A DNA stretch of 64,000 nucleotides from the human T2T-CHM13v2.0 reference genome, Homo sapiens: NCBI RefSeq assembly GCF_009914755.1, contig NC_060936.1; one strand, written 5' to 3'. Of the stretch, positions 20,206-33,537 are shown in pieces. The translations under genes and the position numbers were made by a program. The notes below the pieces were generated by a model. It was not told where the DNA came from and did no database searches. It saw only the letters and a list, made by a program, of their open reading frames with translations. Numbering within the stretch: the first letter of the stretch is position 1; the number at the start of each line of letters is the position of its first letter.

Positions 20206-20545
20206 CTTAAAAGTTATCCAACTGAAAGTTGACTTATACATTTTTCATTTACAAAATACAAGGCTCCTAAGTTGTCTAACTTATCCTGTGATGACTAGTG
20301 GCTGCCAGGATTATGCAAATATTTTCAGAAAAACAAATATGCTTAATACGTCTCTTCAAGGTAAAAATGACATTTTAATAGTGAATGAGAAAGCAACTGC
20401 TTTTCTAACTTAATTTGCTGTTTTGAAAATGGATGTGGTAGCAGCCTCTGAGGTTGCTGCCACTGATCCCCTCTTCCTGGCATCCATGTCCTTGTCTAAT
20501 CCCCTCCCCTTGAATATGGGCTGGACCTGTGACTCTAACAAACGT
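20206..20545 (+). repeat. Inverted duplicate of 31948-32283 (hAT-Charlie transposase remnant fused to an MLT1 LTR start)
   Basis: Hand alignment gives roughly 85-87% identity to the reverse complement of 31948-32283. It translates as VIQLKVDLYIF..YANIFRKTNMLNTSLQGKNDILIVNEKATAF, resembling the Charlie/Buster hAT motif LAYLADIF..LN.SLQG..K..AF. Confidence 0.9.
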
Positions 20546-21739
20546 TTGAATGTGACACAGGACTTCAGTTCGTTTCAGCATTTCAAACAAAACAACTTCA
20601 TATTCACATAATATTTCATAAAATTCTTTCCTATGCATAGTTCCATTCAAGCATCCCAACCTCTTGAAATAAAGAAGAGATATAATATTTGTTTCTGTTT
20701 TAAGTGAGAAAATTAAGGGCTCAGAGAGATATTAAATGATTTGTTCAAGGCCTGTCTGACCAGACGGCTTGTACCACAATTCAAATCCTGCTCTGCTGAC
20801 TTTAATTCTCAGTCTCCTTCATTCTAAAGGACGATTCTACTCTTCAGTCTTTAGACTTTCCAGAGTGGAGTAAAAAAGTGGCTGGCTAGGCTTTTGTGGT
20901 CTCAGATTCTGGTACCTGTGTCACTATAGCACAATATTCTAGTCTATATAGAGTGATTCCTCAATTGATGTTTGTTGATAATATGGAAATTTCATTCATA
21001 GCAAATTGTGGTGGTGTTAAATACTGTCATTACTTTACTTATCCACGTAACTCTATGTGAGATTAAGATTTTGGTAACTATCTGGCTATTTTGATCAAGG
21101 CAGATACCTGGTAATTGATATGTTAAGGCATTTTTCTCCCTGAGTTATTGGATGATGAAATCATAGAAAATTAAACCTAGTAGCAAACATTAGATGTGCA
21201 TATTTGAAGACAGATTTTTTTTATAGCTGTACTATGAGTTATTTTTTTTCTGTCAAATATTATTTATGAGGAATGTTGAGGTAACTAGAGAGGAAAAATG
21301 TCATAGAAAACAGTTCCCTTCAGATGATCTAAGAGGTTCATGTTGTATACAATGCACCTCTTATCAGAAAGTTATTGGTGATACCATTTCTTTTCCGGTA
21401 AAGCAAAGCAAGTCTTCATTTTTACATATTTGACATCTCTGAGTTACTTACTGATGTCAGAGAGGGCATCCTTGATGTATGTTTATTCATATATTTTCAA
21501 AAAACAGTACAGAAAATTTTCCATTACTGAAGAAATAAATCCACAAAAACCAAAGGCTTGAGAATATTCCTTTAAAAAGATAATTTATTGACTTTTGTGC
21601 ATTGGGGATTAACCAAATCTGTAACTAGAGATTAATCTGGAGAAGGGGGAGAGAGGAATAGAATGTGAATGGGACAGAGGCAGAGGAGGGAATGTGAGGG
21701 AATTAGGGCATTAGTGCTGCTGGAAGGGTGTGAATATGA

Positions 21740-21970
21740 CTTGTTGAGGCTTTCTGAGTTTCAGGCTCTGTGCTACGTGCTCTGCATATATATCTTCTTC
21801 TTAATCTCTGTAACAGACCTATGAGGTGACAGACATTATTATCCACAGTTTTCAAATGAGGAAACTGGCTCAGAGAGGTTTCAATAAATGACCCAAGATC
21901 ACACAGCCAGTAAATAGCAGTCAGGATTTGAACTCACAGATGTTTGTACTTCAAGTCTGTGTGCTTTACC
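21740..21970 (-). mobile_element. MIR SINE
   Basis: TTTTCAAATGAGGAAACTGGCTCAGAGAGGTT..CCAAGATCACACAGCCAGTAAATAGCAG..GGATTTGAACTC. Confidence 0.85.
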
Positions 21971-22845
21971 GTACTGCATACGTCTGTCTACAGAGTGCTG
22001 ATTTTACAGATATTTTCCCCAACTTGGCTATTGGTTAACTGTCCAGATTTGTTTTTACATGAGTAACGCATGCTCCAGTTTATTTTTATTCAAAGATAAG
22101 TATATATAAAGAGATGTAGATCCTTTTATGGTTTGCTGAAATTTATTTTGAACTTAGTTCTCGTGCATCAGAAATACCTTATTAATTGAAAATAGACCCA
22201 TTAATTACTGTGTGGGATGTGAAAAAATGCATTCTTTGTAAATTTCTAGTTTTTCCTTTGGACTATGGTAATTTGCATTTGTCCTATGCTTTTGGCAGTA
22301 GCCACAGATTTCAAGTATTAAACATAAGTGAAATACTGTATGTGATTTTCTATATTGTATGGGAGGAAAAAAGTCAATCTGGGGGACAGATCCAAGTGAT
22401 GTGAGACTCCAGCTGAAGGCTCAGGTCCCTCTAGGGAAAGTCACAGCAGCCTGACGGTGTAGGAAAATGGCACTCTGCTGCTGTCAGTTTACTTGGCAGT
22501 GCCTGGCAAAGAGCACAGGAAAAACACCAGAGCAGCAATGAGCAGTTTTTCAGCTGCCAGAGAAAAAGTTTCACAAACTGGGAATTTTACAAAGGTACAC
22601 TAATGTCTGATACTAATTTATTCATCAAATATTTGTTGCATAGTATATGCTGAAAATACAATGCTGAATTAGTCATTGTTCCTGCTTTCAAGGAACACAC
22701 GGGCCAGACGGGAAGACAGTCTATAAATTTCAGTAAAGGGCGTCAAGGGCCATAGTCACAGGGCCTTATGTGAGCACCTAGGAGAGGTACCTGGTTTCGC
22801 CGGAAGTATTGGGAAATGTTCCAGAAGAGGGAATATCTATTCTAA

Positions 22846-22968
22846 GCCAGACTGTCTATATAATTTGCGGAGTCCAGTGCGAAATGAAAATGTGGATCAT
22901 TTGTTCAAAAACTATGAAGAATTTCAAGATGGTGACAGCTGAGCATTAGATAAAGCACAGACACTTCT
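22846..22968 (-). mobile_element. MER45A-like hAT-Tip100 DNA transposon fragment
   Basis: ATAATTTGCGGAGTCCAGTGCGAAATGAAAATGTGG..TTGTTCAAAAACTATGAAGAATTTCAAGATGGTGACAGC matches my recollection of the MER45A reverse strand. Confidence 0.75.
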
Positions 22969-23439
22969 AATTGAATTTCCTTCTACTTAGACTGTAATAC
23001 CCACAATGGGAAAATTCGAAACCATTGTTTAACAAAATGAACCCACTCTGGGCATTTATGCTGTTTGTTTCCTTTGAAGTATTACTACATAGCAAAAATC
23101 TAAGGGTCTACAATAATGTATTTAAATCAGCCTGGTGTGGCCATGATAATTTTGGAAGAACAATATTAGAATGGGTCATGAATGTTTAGTATTTGTTGCA
23201 TTTCCCCCAGAAAAGGAAAGTTTCTGGGAACTTCAGGGAATATTTAAATACTTTCTCCAGCAGCCTGTTGCCTCTGAAACAAATAATTTATGGAAATGAT
23301 AAAAAGCAAGTGTTAGTATGTTTGTTGGAAACGAAAACAGAAACCCTACCTGTTGATTACAAAAGCAGAGAACATGGTATCCATGGAATATTGTATTACA
23401 GTATTTTTCACAACTACTCACTGTACCCTTTAAAGGTTG

Positions 23440-23826
23440 TATAATGCCTGCTGGTAGCAAGGTAGCCATACGATTTATAGTAATTCCCTGAGGAAGGACT
23501 CTATCTATCCTTCTCACTTGGCCATGTGACTTGCTTTGGCCAATGGAGTGAAAGGACGTGATGTAAGCCATGTCTGAGTAGAAGTTCCAGGCAAATGCTT
23601 TAAGGGCCATGGCAGTTGGCACTCTGCTTTCCCCCTGCCACAAGTTCAGCATGTTCCCCGGAGGAGTTCTTTCTTCAAGCCTGGATCCTGAAAGAAAAAG
23701 CCATGTGGAGCACAGTCATGGCCAACACATGAAATGTGAATGCGAAGTAAACCTTGGTTGTTAAAAAGCCAGTGAGATTTTTTGGGGTTATTAATGACCA
23801 TAACTGGGTGAAAATTGGCTAACACA
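23440..23826 (+). mobile_element. MLT1 (MaLR) solo LTR, MLT1I/J-like
   Basis: TTGGCCATGTGACTTGCTTTGGCCAATGGA, AAACCTTGGTTGTTAAAAAGCCAGTGAGATTTT and terminal GCTAACACA. Confidence 0.75.
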
Positions 23827-24573
23827 GTGTTTTTATTTATAATAGGGCAATGAGTCACAAATACATCATTTGTCTAAAGGACATTCAGCGATCTCACTCC
23901 TCTGGGGAATGACACTGCTCTAATAATGATGATCATATAGGTTTTTCCAGAGGCAGATACACTGGGAATTCTGCTAATGGTAATCTGATCTGCTGGGAAA
24001 TCAAGCTGAGTCCTCCAGGCATGAGTTGGGTCTAAATGGCTAAACCCCTGTCCTCACTTCCCCACCTGGTCCAGCTGCTTGCTGCCTACTTGATCTTAGA
24101 CAAGTTGCTAAGCCTCAATTCCCCAATTTGTAAACTTGGAATAGGACTATTTACTTCATAAATTTGTTAGGACAGGGTCAGCTTCTATTTCTTCTGTATC
24201 AATGCCATTTTCCCACACAGTTTCTACCCCTCTGATTAAATTAGCTCTTGTTTGACTTTGTCTATCATTTTTAATGTAAAAGAAGTAAGACATTTGTAGA
24301 TTAATATTGAGCTTCTCTTTGTTTCTCCCCAAGTATCTATTCTTTCTTCAGTGACAACAACTACCTCATAAAGGGTATATACTTTATTTTGATATTGGAT
24401 ATATATGCATATACATACATAAGTTAAAATATGCATAAAACCATGTTCTGTACACAGGAAAAATTTAGGATAAAAGAATTAGTGAAATCTTCTTTTCTTA
24501 AAAGGATTATGGTGGGGGAAGTGGGTTCACTTCTCCCTATGAAGCTGTTAATTCTTTTATGTTACTTGGCAAA

Positions 24574-24627
24574 GCTTGCTTGCTTTCTCTTCCTTTTTTC
24601 TCTCTCTTTCTTTCTTTTTCCTCTTTC

Positions 24628-24674
<47 letters not shown>

Positions 24675-25151
24675 TCCTTTTCTCTTTCTTTCTTTCCCCT
24701 CCCTTCCTTCCCTCCCTCCCTCCTTCCCTCCCTCCCTCCCTCCCTGCCTCCTTCCTTCCTTCCTTCCTTCCCTCCCTCCCTCCCTTCCCCCCCCTCCCTC
24801 CCTCCCTCCCTCTCTCTCTTTATTTTTTTATTTTCTTTCTCCTCTCTTTCTTTCTTTTTTTTCTTTTTGAAGCAGGGTCTGGCTCTGTCATCCAGGCTGG
24901 AGTACAGTGGTGTGATCTTGGCTCACTGCAACTTCCACCTCCCAGACTCAGATGATCCTCCTGCCTCAACCTCCCAAGTAGCTGAGACTAACAGGCATGT
25001 GCCACCAAGCCCAGCTAATTTTTGTATTTTTTGTAGAGACAGGGTTTCGCCATGTTGCCCAGGCTGGTCTTGAACTCCTGAACTTAAGCAATCCGCCTGC
25101 TTCATCCTTCCAAAGTGCTGAGATTGCAGGCATGAGCCATCGTGCCTGGCC
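24574..25151 (-). mobile_element. AluJ-like SINE whose tail is a ~295-bp (TTTC)n/(CCTT)n/(CCCT)n tract
   Basis: Alu body at 24869-25151, pyrimidine tract at 24574-24868. TGGCAAA flanks both ends (24567-24573, 25152-25158). Confidence 0.92.
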
Positions 25152-27557
25152 TGGCAAATTTTTCTAATTGTCACTATCGGTCAAGTCCTGTCCTACGAAC
25201 TGAGAATAAAGAGTGGAACTGGATAGAAAAAGGCCTGCTATCTTTTAGCTTACCTTCTAGTAGGAGGAAGCAGACAATAAACAATTAAGCCAATAAGTAG
25301 ACCCAATAAAAGGCCAAAAAACATGAAGTAAGAGTCCTTGGGAGAGCTCTCTACTGAATGGATAAGAATAATGTGTTAATTTATAGCTGTTTCAAGGAAG
25401 AGTAGCAACATTTATTGAGCACCTGCTAAGTTTCAGCTAGTTTATCTGTACTCTTTCATTTAATAATTGTAATAACCCTGTGAGTAGGTCCATTTTATAG
25501 GTCAAAAACTGGACATTCACAACTAGAAAGTCAACTAACTTCCCCTCAATTACCCAGCTGATAAATTCAAGAGTGGACCTCTAATTCTTACCTCCTACTT
25601 CTTCCTCAAGCCCAGTAATCTCTTTTAAGTAGGAAAAACATATCTCTTTCTGCTTACCCTCACCTATATCCTCAGTTAGGCTTTTTTAGATTATAAGTGA
25701 TATTTTTCTTAGAATAAAGTTAAATTTCAGCTTTCCCTGCATTTACAGGAAATATTCTTTAAAAACAGAGCACTGGACTTAAATTCTGGAGAACTACCTT
25801 CAAACTACTGTCCTGCTACTCAATACCCATGTGGTTTCCGGCAAGTCACTCAACTTCTATGAGCCTGTTTACTCATCTGTAACAGGAGATAGTGCCAGGT
25901 ATAAGGTTTTATGATCCCTAGTTTTGAACTAGTGGGGTCTGGCTTCACAGATTTTACTATACTTTGCACACTAATATTGCACACTGACATAGAGTCTCTC
26001 TCTGGTGATGTGCACAAGGATTTATATAACTCAGATCACTTCCACAGCACAGTGACTCAGAGCCCCTGGAGTATGAAAGACTGAATCCCTAAGTCTGGCT
26101 CACGAGCAGTAAGATCTCCTTTTCCTCTGCATTTTACCTAAGTGTTTTTTTTTTTTTTCCAGGCTGGGAGAGTTTGCCTCTGGCGTGCCTCTGCTCTTGA
26201 GGGTGAAATGGGCTCAGAGTGACTTTAAAGGCTGCTCAACAAAGGCAGGAACACCAGAGAATTATCATTTTCTTTTTCTTCAGCTGACTGGATAAGTGTA
26301 GCTGTAATAGAGTATGGTTCAGGAGGGCAAAACCACTTTGGAAGAAACCTTGAAAGTGATTCAATTTCAAGTCACAAGATCAATTATGTGAGGTTCTAGA
26401 ACTACTGATACTGAGTTTTACAGCAGATTCATGGCACAGGTTCAGAAGGTGATTCAGGATGTCTCTTTCCTTGGACATTAAAGCTCATTACCTGAAAATT
26501 ACTCAGCCTTGGCCCTTAGGGAAATTTTAAGTGCCCAGCCCAAACGGCATAATCCTATTTAAAATACCAAGATTGCATGATAATGAACAACATCGAAAGA
26601 AAACACTTGTCTGGGTCAGATCTCATCAATTAGACAATTTCCAACAGAGAACACATCTCTAGATAACTACATGTCTGTCATATAAGGGATATGTGGACTT
26701 CCGGCTATGTGCTTACAGTAAATTATCTCAAGAAAACTAGGCAGCAGGTAGAAAAAGAGCAATGCAATCCCACTTTTTTAATGCTCTTGCCTATAGTCTT
26801 TGATGGACTGAACTTCATTTGATGACCATTTCTATTCTTGCCTGCAATTTGGGAATGTTAAATCCTATCTCATAGGAGTGTGTATGGGTAGCATGAACTA
26901 AGGTAGATAAAGGCTTCACGTGGTGTTTGGCATGGCGTAGGTGTAGATTGGACCTCAGTTTTCTGCCCATGTTTGCTCTTCACGTACCTGTCTGGTATCT
27001 GTATGTGCTAAGCTCTGAGCCTTACAAACCATAGGGAGAGATATGCAAACTTGCCCTCAATGAGCATGTTGTCTAGCGAGGAAGATGAAATGCATAGACA
27101 GACAACTAGAGGTGGGGTTTGAGGGAGCCCAAGAAATAAGCACGCTTTTCCTGGCCCAGTTGCTGACAAGGAGATTGAGAGAGGGTCCCAGAGGTCAGTG
27201 GATTCTGGAGAATGTGGCATGGATGTGTTAGCTCAGGGGACTTGCCAGTCCTTCAGTCAGGCAGTAAGAGGACATCCCCAGTTGCCAGTCATTGGAAACC
27301 TAAAGAACTACAGGCTTCCTGGGGTAGGGGGACAGAATGGGTGCTGCAGGCTGGTCTGCAGAGGGCAGGCAGAGGTGCTGAGCAATCGCACTGGTTGAGA
27401 GAGGGGAGTATTGCTATTGTGGAACCTTCTCCACATGGACACATGAAACAGCAGAAAGGGAGAAGGAAAAAACCCTAATAAATTTAGCTTGCAATTTAAA
27501 TTGAAGGGCTAAGAATAACTGACATTAATACTCATGCCTCATTACTGGTTGATTTAT

Positions 27558-27736
27558 TTGGTTCTCAAACCATGGCTGTGTGTCAGAATCACTCGTGGAG
27601 ATTTAAAAAATTACAAATACCTGGCTCCACCTGTTGGAGATTCTAAACCAGAGGATTTGGGAAGAGGTTTAGATATCTACATTTTAAAATCCCACTACAG
27701 GTCATTCTGATGGGCATCCAGGGTTTTGACCCACAA
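27558..27736. mobile_element. MER5-type hAT-Charlie MITE
   Basis: TGGTTCTCAAAC..CAGAATCACTCGTGGAG..GAGATTCT..CAGGTCATTCTGATG..AGGGTTTTGACCCAC. Confidence 0.75.
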
Positions 27737-28740
27737 CATTAATTAAGCAACGGTAGGCTTGGTTAATCTTTAAAAATACAACAGTCTTTAAAAAGGACCA
27801 GTGCTAATTGCATTATGCTTCTGTGTAAAAAAAATACAAAACCCTCAGATTTATTTGTCCTTTCTGCCAAAACAGAGATAAGAGAAGATCAAGGGAGTAG
27901 ACAGATAAAAAGGTAAGTCCTGTGTCTTCTGTCTTAGGTTTTCATAGAAGTAACCAGAAGATATATATTTTTTTGCTTATCTTTTTTCTATAGTTAGTAT
28001 GATCAAAGCTAACATTTCAAAAGCTGATCTTCCCTGGAAACATGAATAGGAACATAATACATTCAGTTGAAATTTTATCTAACTTTTAGTGAGTGCCTAC
28101 TGTGTGCTAGAACTATGCTTGGCAGTTTCCTGTGTCTTCCCAGGTGAGGAGGTCAGGCCATAAGTGTAGTAGGATTAATGACGGCATTCTGAGCTAGTGA
28201 GAATGTTTAGGAACCATGACTTAAACGTTTATCTGCATATGATTCTCACTGCTGATGAAGATATGGTGATGCTGCAGCACGTATGTATTGTGGAGACACT
28301 GAAATTTAATACAACTTTTTGAACAAAAATTTGATAATGTATCCTAAGAACCAGATCTATATAAATGTTCTTAACATTGCACCCATTATTTCAATTTCTG
28401 AGAATTATCTTAAGGAGATACTTTTTTAAAGTAACATGTTTCAGGTAAGAGGAGAATAATTATAATGTATTTTAAATGTAGCTATATCTGGAAATTACAT
28501 AAATTTTAATCATTAAGGAAATGATAGGTGAATTATTGCATAATGACTTTTAGACACTTAAATCTGGTCATTATAAAGCCTCTGGAGGAACAGGTAAAAT
28601 GCTTAAGACAAAAAGCCAAAAGAAAAAATATGTACCAGGATAGTAATTAAAAGTTATTCATTAATGTTGGAAGGAAGTGTGAAGATGAGATGTAGTTTGT
28701 GTGTGGTAGTAGAATTCTGAGCATGTTTTCCTTTTTGGAT

Positions 28741-29138
28741 GTGGTGGATGCACATTGTCCGGTCTTCCCAGCATCCCTTCCCACCCTATATGCAGCTAAG
28801 AGGAAAGGAAACCTTTCACCTCTGGCCAGTGAGCTGGGATGCAGTTTGCTTGCAGTCATTTGCAGCCTTTCTCCCCCTTTTTTTTTCCACTGCCAAATCA
28901 AGGAAACTTGCCCGTAGTAAGAGATAAAAAACTAAAAATCTAGAGAGAGGCTGGAGTCAGAGGGATGAACAGATGTGTGGAGAAAGGGGTAGAGAGATGG
29001 ACGGGCCCACCTGAAGAGACCTTTAAGTTGGCGAGACAGTCTTCTAAATTTGGCACCTATGTGACACCGTACAATTTCTTTCTTATACTAGTTAATCTTG
29101 TTCTAGTCTGCTGACAATCAAAAGAATTCTGACAATAG
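28741..29138 (+). mobile_element. Old ERVL-class LTR (LTR16/LTR33-like), tentative
   Basis: Begins TGTGGTGGATGC..CCCAGCATCCCTTCC and ends ACAATCAAAAGAATTCTGACAATA, both typical of ERVL/MaLR LTR ends. Confidence 0.45.
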
Positions 29139-31268
29139 AATTGGTTTAATTTTTAAAAGTTTTTAATTCTATGTTAGAGTCTGCCAAGGTTGTTGTTTGT
29201 TTTTAAATGAACCTTCTTTACTTTCTGAAGTACTAGAACATTTTGTACTTGTGTGTAAATACTGCGTTTATGAATCATTTCCCATTATTTTACTGATAGA
29301 ATGTTGGTCTTTATTGAACTGTCATTTCCTTTCAGGTCTTCTTCTCAGCTTTTCCTGCAACATAACCACATTAACTGTTTTTCCACATCCTGATTCTGAC
29401 AATAGCCATCCTGAGAATGCTTTTGGAAAGGGTAGTCTGAAACTACAATGTGGATTCAAATCTGTATAAGGCAGAAATGTATGGGGAATTCTGAAATCAA
29501 TCAACAAACAGTAATTGAGCACCTATTATGTGCCAGGTTCTAGGGCTACAATGAAAATAAAAGTAGACAGAGCTCCTGTCCTTAACATGCTTATCTCTGT
29601 GTGTGCTGTGTGCATTCACTGGAGGTCCAGGGAGGCTTAGTCTGGGAGTATATTTAGCACTTAATATTTATTTAATACATCTGCAAAACGTCAACAGGAT
29701 AACAAGCAACATTTATGGACCTTTAATAAGATAAGGTCTGTGCCATATCTTATTTTCCCCATTTTACCAGATGAGGAAATGGAGGTGCAATGAGGATATT
29801 TAATATATCCAATATTACAGAGTTAATAGGTGCCAAAGGTGGATTTAACCTGACACAGTCTGGCTCCTTACCATAGGATATTGCTGCTTACACGGTTGTA
29901 AGAAATCTGCTCAGAAATGCTGAATCTGTTACTTAAATTAATTTTTAATTTTTTTTGGAAAAATAATTATTAAGTTAAATGTTGGTGGTGAGATATACAG
30001 ATATCTGACTGGAATAAGACAGGAGATTCCCTTTTCAACTTGCTATAGTTTGAGCCACAGGAAAAAAGTTCTGAAAAAATTAGTTCATCCATTAATTCAT
30101 GTATTCAACAGCATTTTCAGCATACTACCTGCTACTAAGCAAATTTTGTAGAAAGCCCTTGGTTTGTTAAGGGTAAATGGAACAGAAACAAATCCTTAAA
30201 ATATAACATAGGATGGTAAGTTCTGTAATAAAAGGGTTAAAAAGGAACTTTGAGAGCATTAAGAGGTGAAAGGAGGGGAAGGAGGGAGGAAATGTTATGA
30301 ATTGTTTGACAAGTAAGCTAGGCGTTGAAATATGAGGAGGAATTCTTCCATGGACTTGGGAGTGGGTATAGGAGTAGTGGTGTAGAAAGGGACTTCTGCA
30401 ACAGGATCTGCTTCTAAGCTCAGTCAATCGTGTCCTGAGAATTGCAAGTGGCTCTAAGACCAGGACTAAAAAGATAGGTTGTGCCAACTGAGGGAAAGCA
30501 TTTGGAATTGTCTTTGAGGTCAGGGCTATATAAACTCTTTTAATTGCATACACCTACCAGTAAAAATAACTTGAGCATATACTCTTCAAATATGTGTTTA
30601 TTTGCATATATTTATTTTTATATATACACTATCAGATTAGTTTCTTATATCCCTTCGGAAATACACACAGATGTAATTAAATAGGAAATATTTAAAGATA
30701 ATGTTAGTTTTTGCTCCTATAAAATTTTCTTAAACATTAGAATGAATAATGTGTTTGAAAATGCAGATATGTTTTTGAAAAATTTGATTTAACACTTTAT
30801 GATGGGGTAATTTAAAGGACTGGTTCTAAGTTCAGTTTATTTTGATTTCTAGTTTTAATTAAATCAAGACACTTCACAAATAGTGAAGTGCAGTTCCGAT
30901 TGAAGGAGTGTTTGTTGGCATTATAACTAAGTCATAATGCAGTTTTTGCAGTTTTTTTTTTCAGTCTTAAACACTGTACTTAGGTTTTTCTTGAAATGTA
31001 ATTAATAACTTTCTGTTTTTCCTGATATCATTTAGTCATTCTTGTAAACTCTTTGGAAGATGTTGCATTTTAATATTTTTAGTAGTTGGTTCAAATTCAT
31101 AATCTGAATTATTTAGACACAGGCTAGAAAATTCTGTTTCTCATCTTTTTTTTAATGTGCAGATAGGAAAGGTTTTTTTGTTTGTTTTGTTTTTTTTTTT
31201 TTTTTTAATGAGACACAGTCACATTACTTTTAGCCATTAAATCAATGATGAGGAAACATTTCCCCAAT

Positions 31269-32057
<789 letters not shown>

Positions 32058-32320
32058 CCCATTTTCAAAGCAACAAATTAATTTAGAAAAGCAGTTACTT
32101 TCTTATTCACTATTAAAATGTTACCTTTACCTTGAAAAGACATTAAGCATATCCGTTTTTCTGAAAATATCTGCATAATCCTGGCAGCCACTAGTCATCA
32201 CAGGAAAGGTTAGACAACTTGGGAGCCTTGTCTTTTGTAAAAGAAAAATGTGCAAGTCCACTTTTAGTTGGATAACTGTTAAGTATTTGCTTACAAAATA
32301 ACTAGCCAACTAGTAAGGAC

Positions 32321-32460
32321 AGTTAATTTGATACAATTAAGCCCTTTATAAAGTAGGTTCTTGGCAAGTCTTTTAAGTTCAATAAACTTTTTCATCAAAC
32401 TTAAAAGACTTGCCAAGAACCTTCTTTATATATAAAGGGCTTAATTTTATCAAATTAACT
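32321..32460. repeat. Long inverted repeat/hairpin (~60-bp arms, 18-nt loop)
   Basis: AGTTAATTTGATACAATTAAGCCCTTTATA..AGGTTCTTGGCAAGTCTTTTAAGTT / loop / AACTTAAAAGACTTGCCAAGAACCT..TATAAAGGGCTTAATTTTATCAAATTAACT. The inner 25 bp are perfectly complementary. Confidence 0.95.
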
Positions 32461-33326
32461 ATTGATAACATCCTCTAGCATGTAGAATGCAATTCATTCC
32501 AATATTCTGAGAGTGAAGAAATAAATGTGGATCCCCCCATCACCTCTCACTTGTGGGACCCTTTAAGAGTTCTTCCTTCAGGGAAACTCAGCTGGGTTAG
32601 GTGAGGGCATCAGTATCATTCCATACACTCAACATGCATACATTTAAATTACTTTCTAATTATTTTCTTTTTAGTTTTGCTAAAGAGTAGGAATATGGAA
32701 AAATCGGAATGCTAACATTGTTTTTCTATACCATATGTATCATCTGGTGCTTACCCCTTTGGAGACCTCTGCTCTAGGCCAAGGGTTCTTAACTCAGGAT
32801 TTATTGCTTATGGGTGATTTGTTTTCAAGGGATGAAAAAAAGTGACCAAAGCTGTAATCAGATCTCCAAGAAACCATTAAGAACCACTGCTATAGGTAAT
32901 GAATAGATAATGAAAAATGGTACAAAGGAGAACATGAAGGGATTTAAAGTTTAGGATGCTACTTGGGTGGCAGAATGGAGGGTGGCTTGGAGAGACCAAT
33001 CCTGGAGGTAGGGCAGTGGGGTGTTCGCTCCCTCAGTGAGGCAAAAGGTGACAAGGGATTGAACCCAGGCATTGTGAGTGGGATGGAAAGGGGAAACTTG
33101 TGGCGCATAAAAGTCAGCATGTGCCACAGTGAAAGGCTGCAGGATCGTGAAGCCACTAAGCGGGTGTTCATAAAGGCAATTTATAAAGAAAACATGTCTA
33201 CAAGAGGAAGTCAGATCTCAGATCTAAGACATTTCAGGTCTTCTGTCCCCACTTTTTTTTTTTAAACCACACTGTTCTTTCTTTTATTTTTTATTCTTTT
33301 GTTATTTTTTTCCCCTGGAGATTCAA

Positions 33327-33537
33327 GCTGAGAGAGAAAGGAGAGATTCAGTGACAAGTTATCAATATTTTCTAAAAGAAACCTAACCATTTAGTAATAG
33401 AAGAAGGGTGTTTGGAAAGAGGGGCTGTGGAATAATATTGGAGCCCCAAATAAATCTGTGATCTGCTAAACATCTTCTGGGTTAGAAAATAGAATTGATC
33501 TGAATTCCACAGTTGTGGCTTATTTAAGAAGGGTAAG
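33327..33537 (+). repeat. Direct repeat copy 1 (~210 bp; copy 2 at 34651-34863)
   Basis: Shares CAATATTTTCTAAAA, AAGGGTGTTTGGAAAGAGG, GCTGTGGAATAATA, TGCTAAACAT and TTTAAGAAGGGT.AG with copy 2. Confidence 0.92.

Noticed and set aside
20174-20413. Apparent paralogous small protein pair (with 32127-32309)
   Set aside because: Degenerate Charlie transposase remnant duplicated at DNA level. The frames differ by an indel and there is no gene structure.
24431-25073. Overlapping 100-170 aa F/L/S/P-rich ORFs
   Set aside because: Translations of a pyrimidine microsatellite plus Alu. The same applies to 34683-35144 and all Alu-derived ORFs.
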